NCBI GenBank assembly: GCA_965649825.1
Contig: OZ287694.1
Location: 2,509,696-2,573,695 of the forward strand
Length of the DNA stretch: 64,000 nt
From: Penicillus capitatus
Taxonomy: Eukaryota; Plantae; Chlorophyta
Reading direction: 5' to 3'
The position numbers and the translations under genes are program-made. Under the pieces are notes generated by a model that did no database searches, was not told the DNA's origin, and saw only the letters and a program-made list of their open reading frames with translations. Below are positions 14,440-26,249 of this stretch, piece by piece; position 1 is the stretch's first letter, and each line of letters begins with the position of its first letter.

Positions 14440-15842
14440 TTATGTGTCTAGTTGCGCCCCTAGATGAATGCGATAGCCTTCAGGAACACACCATGGCGAT
14501 AAATCAAATCCCTCATCCAACAGTTTCGCCGTTGCCGGTTCAATCGTTTTGAGCAGATCCTTGTGTATGAACCCATTGCTCGCGATCACAGACCTAGAGG
14601 TGTTGTTTGGAGCAACATATCGTTGCAAAAATCGAATCTGCTCACGGAATGGCACGCACCTGTCGAATGGAGAGTATGCAAGTCCATCCATTGTTGTCAC
14701 CATCCCTCCTGCTTCTTCAACCACCAGCACCCCTCCTGCCGTGTCCCATGGCTTGAGACGATACTCCCAGTATGCTTCAGCAATGCCTAGTTGAGTGCAG
14801 TCTGCTCTGTATCGACCAGATGTCAAGTGACTTGTTCTACCGAGTGCAACATGGCAGAGATCGACCGAGGCTGCTCCGAGACGTCGGACACCCTGAGTGA
14901 CATCCGTGAAGTGTTTGAAGAAGGCCATGTTTGTTGACCAGGCATCGTCATGTTCGTATCCAAATCCAGTAATCTGTGCACGGCATCCAACACATCCAAT
15001 CCGCCGTTGCTGCATTTCGGATGCGAGATTTACCAAAAGTGATTTCTCCAGTTCTTTGACTCTGCTGATTTCGATGGGCACTCCGTTTGCTTGGGCACCT
15101 CCATTACGATAGGCTGTGAAGGTCCGTGTATCCCACTGACCAGGACCACCTGAGAATACGACACAGGAAACACATGTCGTTGAGAAATGGCATATGACCT
15201 GTGAATTCAATGACACAACTGGCCAAGACAATGGCATGTCTCAGCACTGCCACAGATACGCCGAAACTAGGATAGCGATGGGCAAAGTTTGTCGTGCCAT
15301 CCAGCGGATCCACACACCATAGGTAATCCGAAGAGGTATTCCCTGTTGTCGGCATAGACACACATGACGCGTTCTGAACCATGCATGACTTTGATGATGT
15401 ATGGATATGACCTGAAACACCGCCTTCCTCTCCAAGTATGGCATGATCTGGAAATTCCTGACGAAGAACTTTCAGAATCGACGCCTCGCTCTTCTCGTCT
15501 GTCGCCGTGATCAGATCTGTTAGCCCCTTGTAGTTGATTTCCTTCGGCTTGTCTGCAAAGTCCATGACCACCTGATCACAGGCACACGTCGCAGTGCTGC
15601 CCGCAGTCCATGTCTCTGTCTACCTCTGCTCCTGCCTCCGCTGCTGTTTTGGCCACTTTCAGCAAATCCGTCTTGGGAATGGTAACCGTGCTGGCTTGAA
15701 CGGCAAAGCGGTGGCGCGCATCGACTGTCCGACCGCCGTTCGGCCGCAGCAGTCTATGTGCTCGTGATTTGAGCGATCCTGCGCATCCAGTGAACAGACC
15801 GGTCGATCGATGGACGTGGAGAAGCGTCCGATAGCCAGACAT
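14440..15842 (-). CDS. IMPL1: Inositol monophosphatase-like protein, chloroplastic
   Basis: DLITATDEKSE, ILGEE, WCVDPLDGTTNFAH, GVRRLGAASVDLC, LKPWDTAGG; transit-peptide-like N-terminus. Confidence 0.93.
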
Positions 15843-15946
15843 TTGGAAGATACGTTGGATAAGATGCCGTCACGACAGGTCGCCTTCATGTGCATACGGT
15901 GTATTCGTTTCACCGTTCACGACAGCTCTCCTCCTTACATCATTCG

Positions 15947-16463
15947 ATGCCAAAAACAACACGGCAGACTCAATCTCGCACAGCACCGAAAGCAGAGCGC
16001 CATCGAAAAAAGGTGAAGCATAGGGTCGTTAGGAGGGTGTCCGTCATCCGTAGACAATTCGCCAATGACTTAGATGTTCGATAACGACGCCCATTCATAT
16101 GGTAGGGTCATGCATCGGGGACAGTCGCTGAGAGGAAGACATCGGTCATAAAATCCAAGTCTTGTCAGAAAATAGGGAAGAGGAAGAAAAGAAAGCAGCA
16201 GAAGCGTCGTCGTGACTGTGTGTCTTCTCCGAGCTGCATGGATCGACTCTCTGATGTGTGTTCTTGGTGGCATTCTAGATGATGAGTATTTTTACGAAGT
16301 GGAAAGAGTTTTGAAGTGTGAGGAGTGGCCGAATGGAGAGAAGAAAGTGCTTGTGAGGTGGAGAGATTTTGGTCCTCAAGCGGATTGCTGGATACCCGAA
16401 GCGAATCTGTGTCTTCCCCTTTCCGCATACCAGATGGAGACAACAACATCCAAGAAGAAATAG
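15947..16463 (+). CDS. Small basic chromodomain-only protein (3 exons, reconstructed)
   Basis: Two GT-AG introns join MPKTTRQ...VVRR / GHASG...KRKKRKQQKRR / HDEYFYEVERVL...VLVRWRDFGPQADCWIPEANL in frame. The chromodomain pattern YxVExVL...WxxF...WxPExNL is present. Confidence 0.75.
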
Positions 16464-17379
16464 TGCAATAATAAGCGCCTAGCTTCGTGAGTGAGAAGCG
16501 ACATCCGCTAACAGCGGTCACTCTACTATTGACATGCAATTAGAATGAGAACTTGGACGTTGACATTTTAGGTTTCGCCATCTTGTCTGACGGACTTCGT
16601 GCTTCAGATGTAAGACGACGAATTCATGCGACTCGACACGCACATCGACAGATGGATGGCTGGGCAGGGCAGAGGTGAAGTGACTGTCCTGCTCGGGGGA
16701 TGCCGATCGATCATCTCATCCTCAAAACCACTGAGGTCGATCGTGCGTCATCGGCATAGCACTTCAAAACCCGTAGTGTATACGGTACGGATGCTTGCGG
16801 CGATGCCCTCATCTCAGTCGAGCATCTATCTCCTTAGGAGGAGTAAGCGGCGGCGACTTTCTTAGCGCAAGCGTTACGGCATCTGGCGTACGATTTGTAC
16901 TTGTCGTCCGCGTCGCAGAACAGAACCCTAGAATAGTCACGCATGACGCACTCTATGAACTTCACTGTCGACCCTCTAATGTGAAGGTCGGTCAAGGTGA
17001 CATCTCGCGCGAAGATGTACCTTTGTGTAGCGACATGAATCTGTCATCACCTGGTTAAGGTGTGCCTAGGCAGACGCTGTTTAAGATAGACTAGGCGATT
17101 GTGGCAACCAATTCCGTGTCTCTATTTGTATTAGAGCAGAGAATGTTCGTTGAAGTTCGTGACATTGCCTCGTTGAGATGAAATCCTCCCACTAGAATAT
17201 GCCGCCTAAGCCACGGTCGTTCATCTCTTGCATCATAACTATGAGCCGTACATGTACGGTAAAAACCGCATATTGTGGTAGGCTTTCCCGTTTGATGTTT
17301 GAGGGAATTTCGCCGTAGCTTTTCGTTTTTGACGTCGAGCTGTTTGTTCTGTTTCTTCTCTTTGTTCACCTTTTTGCGA

Positions 17380-19120
17380 ATGGCTGCACCGAGAAGCGCC
17401 TCAGTTGTTCCCCTTCCTGAACGCGTGCCTGTTACGTTGATTACGGGCTTTTTGGGTTCTGGAAAAACAACACTTGTGAACCGCATCCTCAGTGCAAAGG
17501 GAGACAAGCGCGTCGCTGTCGTGGAAAACGAGTTTGGGGAGATCAATATCGACAACAGCCTTGGTGAGATGCACATTCGCCGCGACCCGCGCATCCCTCA
17601 CATGCGTTCCTGTATGCAGTGTCCGCGAATCTGATTGCTAGTGAAGATATTGTCTCTCTCGAAAACGGCTGCGCGTGCTGTTCTTTGCGAAAAGATGTTG
17701 TCCGCGCTCTGAAGCAACTCTTTGACAGGTCTGTCTTTCTTGCGAACGTAAATGATGTGACAGGTATTCACACGTCATCCATGTGCATTCAGGAGCAGGA
17801 GAGAAGGATACAAGTTTGATGCCATCCTTCTGGAAACAACGGGATTGGCAGATCCTGCCCCCATCGTCTTCACCCTTCTGTCACATCCGTGGATAGCGAG
17901 ACACTTTAAACTTGATTCCATTTTGTAAGCAATCATATGCCTCATGGCTGAGATGATGCGATGGTGATGTGACGTGTCATTAGGTGTGTGGTGGATGCCA
18001 AGTATATTGTAAGGAATGTGGTGGTAGATTCAAAGGGCTCAGCCAACGTGAATGAAGCAGCCCAGCAAATCGCTTTTGGCGATCTGATCTTAATAAACAA
18101 GATCGATATGGTAGATGCAGAAGAGCTTGCGAAAGTGAAAAAGACCGTGCGCACGATTAACCGTAATGCATCATGGATAGACTGTCAACTGAACAAAGCA
18201 GATGGAACGGGTCTTCCTGACGTGAGTCAGATTCTGAATGTGGATTCGTTCTCCCTGGAAAAACTTCGGCAGTTTGATCCTACCTTTATGGAGCCGGAGT
18301 CTGATGATGAAGAAGCAGAAGAAGGCAAAGAAGCTGAGCAGCAAGGTGCATCGCAGAAGGATGAAGAACAACGCAGTGCTGTAACAGATGAAGACGACGG
18401 TGACGCCAATGATGAGAACGACGAGGAAGAGGAATTGAAAGAAACCCATCGTCCAAAGAGAAAGCGTCGCATTCATCATGACAATATGGGCATCTGTTCG
18501 GTTGGAGTTAGAGCCAGAGGACCTCTCCATCAATGGCGATTTAATATGTTTATGAAAGACTTCTTTGCTGAAAGAGCCGAAGATATCTTCCGCAGTAAAG
18601 GCATTCTTTGCATTAAGGTAATAGAGAGCCTATTCTTCGTTCCGCGATCTATTGCTGATGGCGGATGTGCGTCATGGTAGGGGCGAGAGAGCACAAAATT
18701 CGTATTTCAAGGTGTGCACGATACAATCACGTATGGACCATTGCCGGATCCGTGGGGTGAAGATGAAGAGAGAATCAATAAGATTGTTTTCATTGGAAGG
18801 AATTTGAACCGACGTGTACGATTTCATCTCCCTCAAGCATACATACCCACTGAACAACCCTTTCTGCTTGTAGGAGATTACAGAGGCTCTTCGAGACTGC
18901 ATATGGACCCCTCTTCCGGATGGCTGGGTAGAGAAGTTCGATCGTCAGACCCAACGACCCGTTTATGTAAATGAAAAGACAGGTACGTGATGCGTCTTTT
19001 CCTGCCTTCGCAGCTCATGGACTTGTTCTAGGACAGCGTCAGTTTGAGATGCCTCAGTTTGCTGTTGGCCATGTGGAAGCAACGTCGTCCATTCCGTATG
19101 GGAGACGACCGTCTAGGTGA
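17380..19120 (+). CDS. CobW/COG0523 metal-chaperone GTPase with C-terminal WW-like domain
   Basis: [50 protein letters not shown], Cob[11 protein letters not shown]; then [32 protein letters not shown]. Confidence 0.9.
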
Positions 19121-19313
19121 CAAACCATGTATCAAGAGTATGCATGAATGGAAGCTGACACACACATATGTCTATCACTACTGATCTGTATGTATGTGCG
19201 CCGCCGTGTGGACGTGCACGACAAATACATCTTTGTCTGGAGAACATCTATGGCTTAATGTGAAACATTTGTTGACGGCGAGATTACCACCACTCACCGC
19301 TTGTAACGGATTG

Positions 19314-20442
19314 ATGGCGACCATCTTCGCGACACGATGTGCTCGGTCCTTGCACGCACGCCGTACGAGATCGAGTTGCCGGCCGCCCTCTGCGACGAGA
19401 AGCCAACAACAGTTAAGTGGCCGAAGGCTACCGGCTAGAGCGATTCGATCAACATTCGCAACGATGTCGCTGCTGAAAGTGACGGAAAAATCAACTGGCG
19501 TCGAATTTCCTCTTGTTCAACGTTTCTGGTGGAGGACACCGTCTCCAAGACGCTGTCAATAGGAGATGGCCTTCTTTCAGGGAAGGAGATGAGTACAGAT
19601 GTCTTGGCGCCGCCCCTCGTCTCAAGAAGGTTCTATTCTTGAATGTCAAAGTACGGATGGATAGAGTATCGAGAATCGTCTGTGGGATCACCTACCTCTC
19701 TCGACAGGTCTATGCCATTGCTCTATACGTCGAAGCGGCCAAAGCAGCGAAGGAATTGAAGATCCGTGATCGGGGCGATTTCTTCAAAGATGCCGATCAG
19801 AGTTCGTTCTGTGATGCCATCATGGATGGAGCCTTTGACAAAGTCCTACAGGTATGACGGCAACACTGTGGACGATCTGGATGTTATGCAGCTGATCGAT
19901 GCGATAGATTGCATTGGTCAGAGATGTCACGAGCGAGCAGTTTCGCGATGCCATCGAGGAGGCCATTGGAGCGAAGCTGAGGTTCATTGGTGCGTCCTGC
20001 CAGGAGATGTCCTCATTCTCTGAAAGATAAATGCCAGACGGTCCTGTGTTCAGGGGCGAGTGAAGTGTTTGAGGACTTCAAGACATTCATAAGCGAGCAA
20101 GAACTGAAAAAAAGTATGCGGCCTATCCATTGGATCAGGATGAAGCGCATGGATGGACAGGCAGCACTTTCATTCTTCACTGGGGAGTTGGCGGTTATCT
20201 AGACGCAGGTGTTGCTCCTGAGGGCGTGTCTGACTTCTCTGTCGCGGTCAGGAGTTTGCGTGTGTGTTTGTTTGGCTAGATGGTCTTGACTGTTTTAGAT
20301 TGCTGGAGCGAAACGATTCGAGAATGCTGGGTTCTGCCGAAGCATGTTCGAAGTGTACATGGGTCAGAATTCTTTTATTCCAGCCGCCAAGGAGACATGG
20401 GCGAATGGGGCTCGTCTGCTGCTGGAAAGCGCAAACAACTAA
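19314..20442 (+). CDS. Chalcone-isomerase-fold fatty-acid-binding protein (FAP-like), plastid-targeted
   Basis: EKSTGVEFP, CLGAAPRLKKVLFLNVK/VYAIALYVE, GFCRSMFEVYMG...AAKETWANG; transit peptide. Confidence 0.8.
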
Positions 20443-20500
20443 ACACTGCGTCTGATGTCAAGTATCATCGAAAATGAACATACAACCGTCAAGACGCATC

Positions 20501-23500
20501 TCACGAGGTTACAGGCGATCGTTCAACCGGCAGCGATCTCGAACGTGTCTTGTAATTGGCAATGAGGACACGATAGGCATCTGTGTTGAGCAGTCCTTTC
20601 ACAGAAGTGAGGATGTTCTGCTCGTAGTGATAGGCGTTGATTAAACTGAGCAAAATGGATCGGAAGTCTCCAAATCTGTCTTGTCCATGCTCCGTAAGGA
20701 TCAGTTCTGCCACGTCCATTAGAGGAACGAAATCTGCAAACAGACCAGGACACCATCTGCCACCATCCTCACGCAGTGTCTACTTACCAGCCATTGCTGT
20801 GATAACTTCATCCATCAATGCGGCATAGATGTCTCGCAGAAATGCCAGTCGTGGATACTCATGGAACTGATCGTTCTTTTTGATGATGCCTTTGTGATAG
20901 AACCCCGACGGTACATGGATCGATTTCTTCTGTTTCTTGGCGAGATGAGGAAGATGCTTGAAGGCATCGATGAGCACCTAAGCATGCAAGACCACTACAA
21001 TGAGCATCGTTCCTAGCGGACAGAGCACGACTTCCTGAAGCGTGAACCACAGTCGTAGTGTTTCCTTTCTTCGTTTCTCATCTCCACCACCCTTCTTGTC
21101 ACGTCGCAAAGAGTTTCGGCGACAGAGCGCCACGGTAGATGCCAGAGATGACTGCGCTTCTCCCACTTCTTTGGGCAGCTGGCCAAGACGCACGTCAGGA
21201 GTACTGGACACCCGTAGGATAGCGCTGAGAGACAGCTGCCGCGATAGAGAAGTGTCCAAATTGTCCAAAGATCTCGACAGAATTGCCCGTTCCATCATCC
21301 TATTGGCACTGGAAACAGAGAAAACATGGATCGGGATAGGGGCAGGCAGGGAGCTGGTACTTTTCCATTTTCTCAATGAGAACGCGTAATGCTCCAAACA
21401 CGTCTCCTTCTCTCTCCAGTAAGTAAGCTGCGCCATCCTTCAGCCCAAACGACATGCAATCCTCTTTGCATTGTTGGACATCGATCAGGTGATCGTATGT
21501 TCGCAGAAAGGGAAGAACGTTGTCTGGGTCATACTCGCAGAGTAGATTCACATACAGTGTGCAGTGAGACTTCGTCAATAGCTGGTTGGTGTCGGCAGAC
21601 AACGAAACGTTCTCCTACATTCCACATCGAGTTCTTCACTCGTTCGCTGTCGCTGGAATGGGTGTTGTGTACATACATGGTTCAGTGCCGCATCCATAGA
21701 GCTCTGCAGATACTTGAACAGTAGCTGTCGACTGCCATGCAGTCCTTGGATAACCGCCTCTTGATCGTTTGGGAAATGGCGCATCACCATAGAGGCTGCA
21801 CTCTGCGGATCCAAATTGGCCAACTCGCTCATGCAACAGAGCACAGCACCTGAAAGGCAGAGAGCTCTGTTTTCGATGAGGTGACCATAGTCAGAGATGA
21901 CTTTTGAGCTTTTCGAGCTCAGTCGTGTTATTGTAATCCATAAAATAGCTGACGGCCGATTCGAAATAGGCAAAGCACCCTCCGACAGACGTCGTGCCAG
22001 CTTTGATGTGGTAATCCAGGGCAGCCTTGTATTCTCGAAATAGGTGATGGAGTTGGGCAGCAGCAACCAGCATATTTGCATTGATGGCAAGACCTAGTGC
22101 TTTCTGCCCTTCCAGGTACGTCATTTTCATCGTCGATCTACACAACATAAGCAGACATGAATAACATCTATATCTGCTTAGACAAAGAACGAGCACACCT
22201 CTTTGACGAATCGCATTCGAGGCCAACACTCCGAACAATTCCACAGAACTGGATTTCTTCCTCTGTTTCAACATATTTCTCCATCTCTCTTCCTGTACAG
22301 GATCGAAAATGTACATGGCAGACGTATGCGAGAAAGTGTTCTCGAACGTGCCTTTTGATCGGGAAGATAGATGCTCCAGTAACACCAACGCTATTGACGG
22401 ATTGACGACAGCTTGACCAGATGCCGTACACTGGCAGAGAAACGCCAACCAGCTCGAGCGATCTTGTGGAAAGTGCTCCATGAGATCGATTAACGTATCC
22501 ACAATGACCTACAGGTATACAGAGAGAGGTCGGCACAGCTGAAGCCATCTGCCAAACCTGTGTCACTGTGCGGACACTTGTCATCTCTTCAACGGCCCCA
22601 CCGCTGAAGGCCTCCAGCAAATCTTTCTCCATACAGTCCCAATCTTCCAGTGCATTCTTAATCAGGCGAAGAACCAGTGGCGCATGAACTGAGAGTAGAC
22701 ACTGAAGGACAGGATAAGGTTCCGCAACTTCGATGAGGTCCACGTGGTGCTCTTCATCAGTGACCTCTGAGCATGCTCGCATCCTCTGGGTGGCTTTTCT
22801 GATCTCTTCTGCTTTAGTGAAGAGTATGAACCCCAGCATCTGTTTAGACCAATCGACTGCAGGCGCATTAATCAACATATGTGCAAACCTGCTGCTTTGT
22901 GTGCAACGCATGCTGTTCGTCAATTTCTTCCTTTCCCGGTGGATAAGATTCCCCAAACAAACAGCAACGCAGATATAGCAGCAATTTCATGCCATAGTCA
23001 TATGTCTATACATACACAGTGTGGCTGTTGCAAGAGTTTCGTTTGTCAGTGCTTGAAGGACTTTCTCTTTGTTCGGCGCTGCGTGGATGGCGCCAAGGAG
23101 ATATCGCGCCGGTGTGATGCAGTCTTGCAGCATGGGATTGTTGAAGATCGTCAGCAATGCCGTAAAGAGGTGGTGTTCGATGCACAAGGGGATCACCTAT
23201 GAACAGATGGGTGTCCTCTCCTGAAATTCTATGCTGATCTACTCACTACCTGATTGAGATCGAGAGATGAGATATCCATACGCATGACACATCTTTCGAC
23301 CTTCTCAGGTTCTCCAATCGCACAGCAATACTCCACCAGACTCTGCATGATCTCAGGTGGAAGCCTCGCCTTCAGCTCGTTTGACGTCAGTCTCTTTTCC
23401 AGCTTTTCCAAGAAAACATCCTTCACATCTGCGGCAACAAATCTGGAGAAGAACTCCGTGAACAGGACCTAGAGCAACATCTATGTGCTGTCTGGTCTAG

Positions 23501-26151
23501 AAGCCAGAGATGTACATCGATCTGTTCGTTCAAAATACAGATGTCCATCAGCAATCCTGCAATGTCTTGAAGCTCCATTGATTCCGTTTGTTTTGTCTTC
23601 AACGCCCAGTCAAGAAATCGGATGGCGACATCTGAAGTCGTCTTGGTGATGAGGTCGACATTTCTTCCTCCAAGATGCGCCTCGGCTAGTCTAGAAGAAA
23701 CGGAATCGTTGTTTCGACTAGAAAGGGTTCTCAGTTACCCTTCGCGGTAAGTTTGGTTGGTGGCCTGACAGTAGAAAGCCGTCAAGTAGTGCAATGCCAT
23801 CATCCATTTTTCTATGTCAACGAGAATGGATATCGAATCCATCCATTCCAAGAAGTGGCACGTTTTAGTGGCCATATTGCCAAGCACTGTCACAACAGGT
23901 CCTGCACCACAAGGGACATTCATTCCCTTTTATCCACACGGATCAAAATACGACGGACCTGATGCAGAAACTGAAGGAATGGAGGTGTGCATCTCTGTTG
24001 GCTCTGTTCGGAGAGGATACGATATTGGATAGTCGTCAACCTCAACCTGGAGAATGTACAGTTGCCATGCATGGAGATCCAGGGCTGGAATCCTATGACA
24101 CCTGATCCAGAATACGGAGCTTGGTGTCGAACAGGAGGAACTGACAGAGGATGCCTCGGCTTCGAATCACCCCCAGTCTCTCATTGGGCAACCAGCATGC
24201 ATAGATAATGGCTCCATCCTCATCTACAGAACCACTTGACACAATCATCCACGTCTGTCCAGAATGACCAGTGCCTGAGGATTCCCATGTCGCGATGCTT
24301 GCAATGTGTATTTCATGGGCCAGTCTGAACCACCCGGATGTTTCTATGGTGCGCGGGAGATGCCTAAAGGGTCAGTCAGAGTGTCAATACAGGTTCAAAT
24401 AATACAATATTGAATACTTGATGTTGGGGATATCTGGAGATGGATCGCCCAACAGTGGAACCACCAGAAGCGATAATTGCTTTTCCCAACCGATGGCAAG
24501 CACACCGCAGGGAATACAGCCATCTGAAAGACACACTCTGGATGCAGTGTTGTGTTGGCCAAGGCGCAGGTGATCTCTGCATTCATATGCACATGTGCAC
24601 CTATTTCTGGATTGGCATGTGGTGCATATCGAACATGTCTGTTGAGGGGAGCCCAGCATGCGACTGCCACGACATCCTTTTCGATGGTGGCCGGTTTTGG
24701 AATCTGATAGAAAACTGCCAGACGTCCTTCAGTCGATAGTCGCCCAATGCTGCAGATGTTCGGGTGACAGAGACAGAGCATTCCCTCGCCGAAAGGAGGA
24801 ATGGGATCCTGAAGGGTAACATGTCAGAAAGAGAACCATCATCGATCTCACATCTACCTGCACTGCTGCATCTTCGACGTCTTCGGGGAGTCTCATGATG
24901 GGAAAGACGCAGATCAATAGTGGTTGTCTGTTTCCCTCAGACAACATCTTTGTTGAAACGGACATGCGCACCACCCAACTGGTCAATGTGTGACAGTACA
25001 CTGCGCCATTGCCATCTGCTGAGAGCAATGTTGTCTGAGATCTGCCTGGTAAGAAGATTAAACTGTGTACTGCTCCTGCATGTCCTGAGAAGGCCATTCA
25101 ACGCGTTAGAGTGTCATCTTCAAGAGGACACTGAACACACCTCCGATGCTGACGACACACTTCCTGTTGCTGATGTCCCAAATGGAGACGATCCCTTCTG
25201 CACTGCCAACTGCTAATAATAGCCTGTCTTTATCGGTGAAAGAAGAGAACGCTAAGGACGAAATGGTTCCAACCCCCTTTGCATCCGTAAGATCGAATAG
25301 CTCATAGTTCGGAGCGCTTTGCATAGAACTCGATCGAATCTGAATAATGACGAGACCTCTTGAGGTGCCCACGGCAGTGGCAAGACTCATGCCACGCAGC
25401 TGACGTTCACTGATAACCTAAGATCACATAAATGCGTCTCATGGTACGACAGCCGCAGTACTCCGTACTAGTGGAGTCCCATATCTTGCTTGATTCTGCA
25501 GTGCCTTTGACAGCGGTGTCTCCATGGATGAGACTCTGAGGGCAACGGATCCACCAATCATTCCACCCTGTGCATCAGGACGACCTTCAGGATTCCAGTC
25601 ATCCTCGGCGCTTGACAGCGCATTCTTGATCCTCTCAAGCACTGTCGATCCGCTTCTCTCATCGTCCTCTTTCCACACTTTACAGACAGCCACTTCGACA
25701 CCATCCAGTTCCGGATACAGATTCGTTGACGACTGGTTCTGCCCTTGTGCTTCTTGAATCTCTCCGGAAGGAGGCACAGGAGGACTCTGTTCTGTCGTTC
25801 TGGTGCTCGGTGCAAAGGGGCTCAGAGTCGATGATTGTGTCGATGGGGGTCTGGGCAGTGATAAAAGGGAAACAGCAGAGGGCTCTGAACTCTCTGCAGG
25901 ATTAGCTTCGGCTGACTGGGAGTCTTCTAAACTCGAAATTGCCGCCTCCAGTTCCTCTTCCTCGAACAACTGCGTCTCAGTAGAAAGATCGAATTCTTGG
26001 TTCTCCCCTAAGTAGTCTCCCTCAATGACACGCATCCCGTGCGACACTAAGAAGAGCGCAATGGGACCTGGGATGCGAGCACCTGTGATAGGGTTTCTTC
26101 ATCGTCCGACAAAAGGTCGTTTAGCAGCGCGGCCAGTCGTTCGTCGCTCAT
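20501..26151 (-). CDS. VPS8: Vacuolar protein sorting 8 (CORVET subunit), many exons
   Basis: AVGTSRGL propeller start, FLEKLE...LPPEIMQSLVEY...VERCVMRMDISSLDLNQV, LFTALLTIFN, LCEYDP...FLRTYD...AAYLLEREGDV, RFGDFRSILL. The first exon MSDERL... is joined by a GT-AG intron to GDYLGEN. Confidence 0.88.
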
Positions 26152-26249
26152 GTCTTTTCGAAAGGGACGAGTGAAGGACAAGACGAATCTGTTTAACGAG
26201 TCTATGACATCATTAATTGTTAAGTTAGATGGGTGACATCTGTCGTCAT

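Noticed and set aside
16463-17380. Possible small gene between the chromodomain and CobW genes
   Set aside because: Several short frames, but no consistent exon chain or motif.
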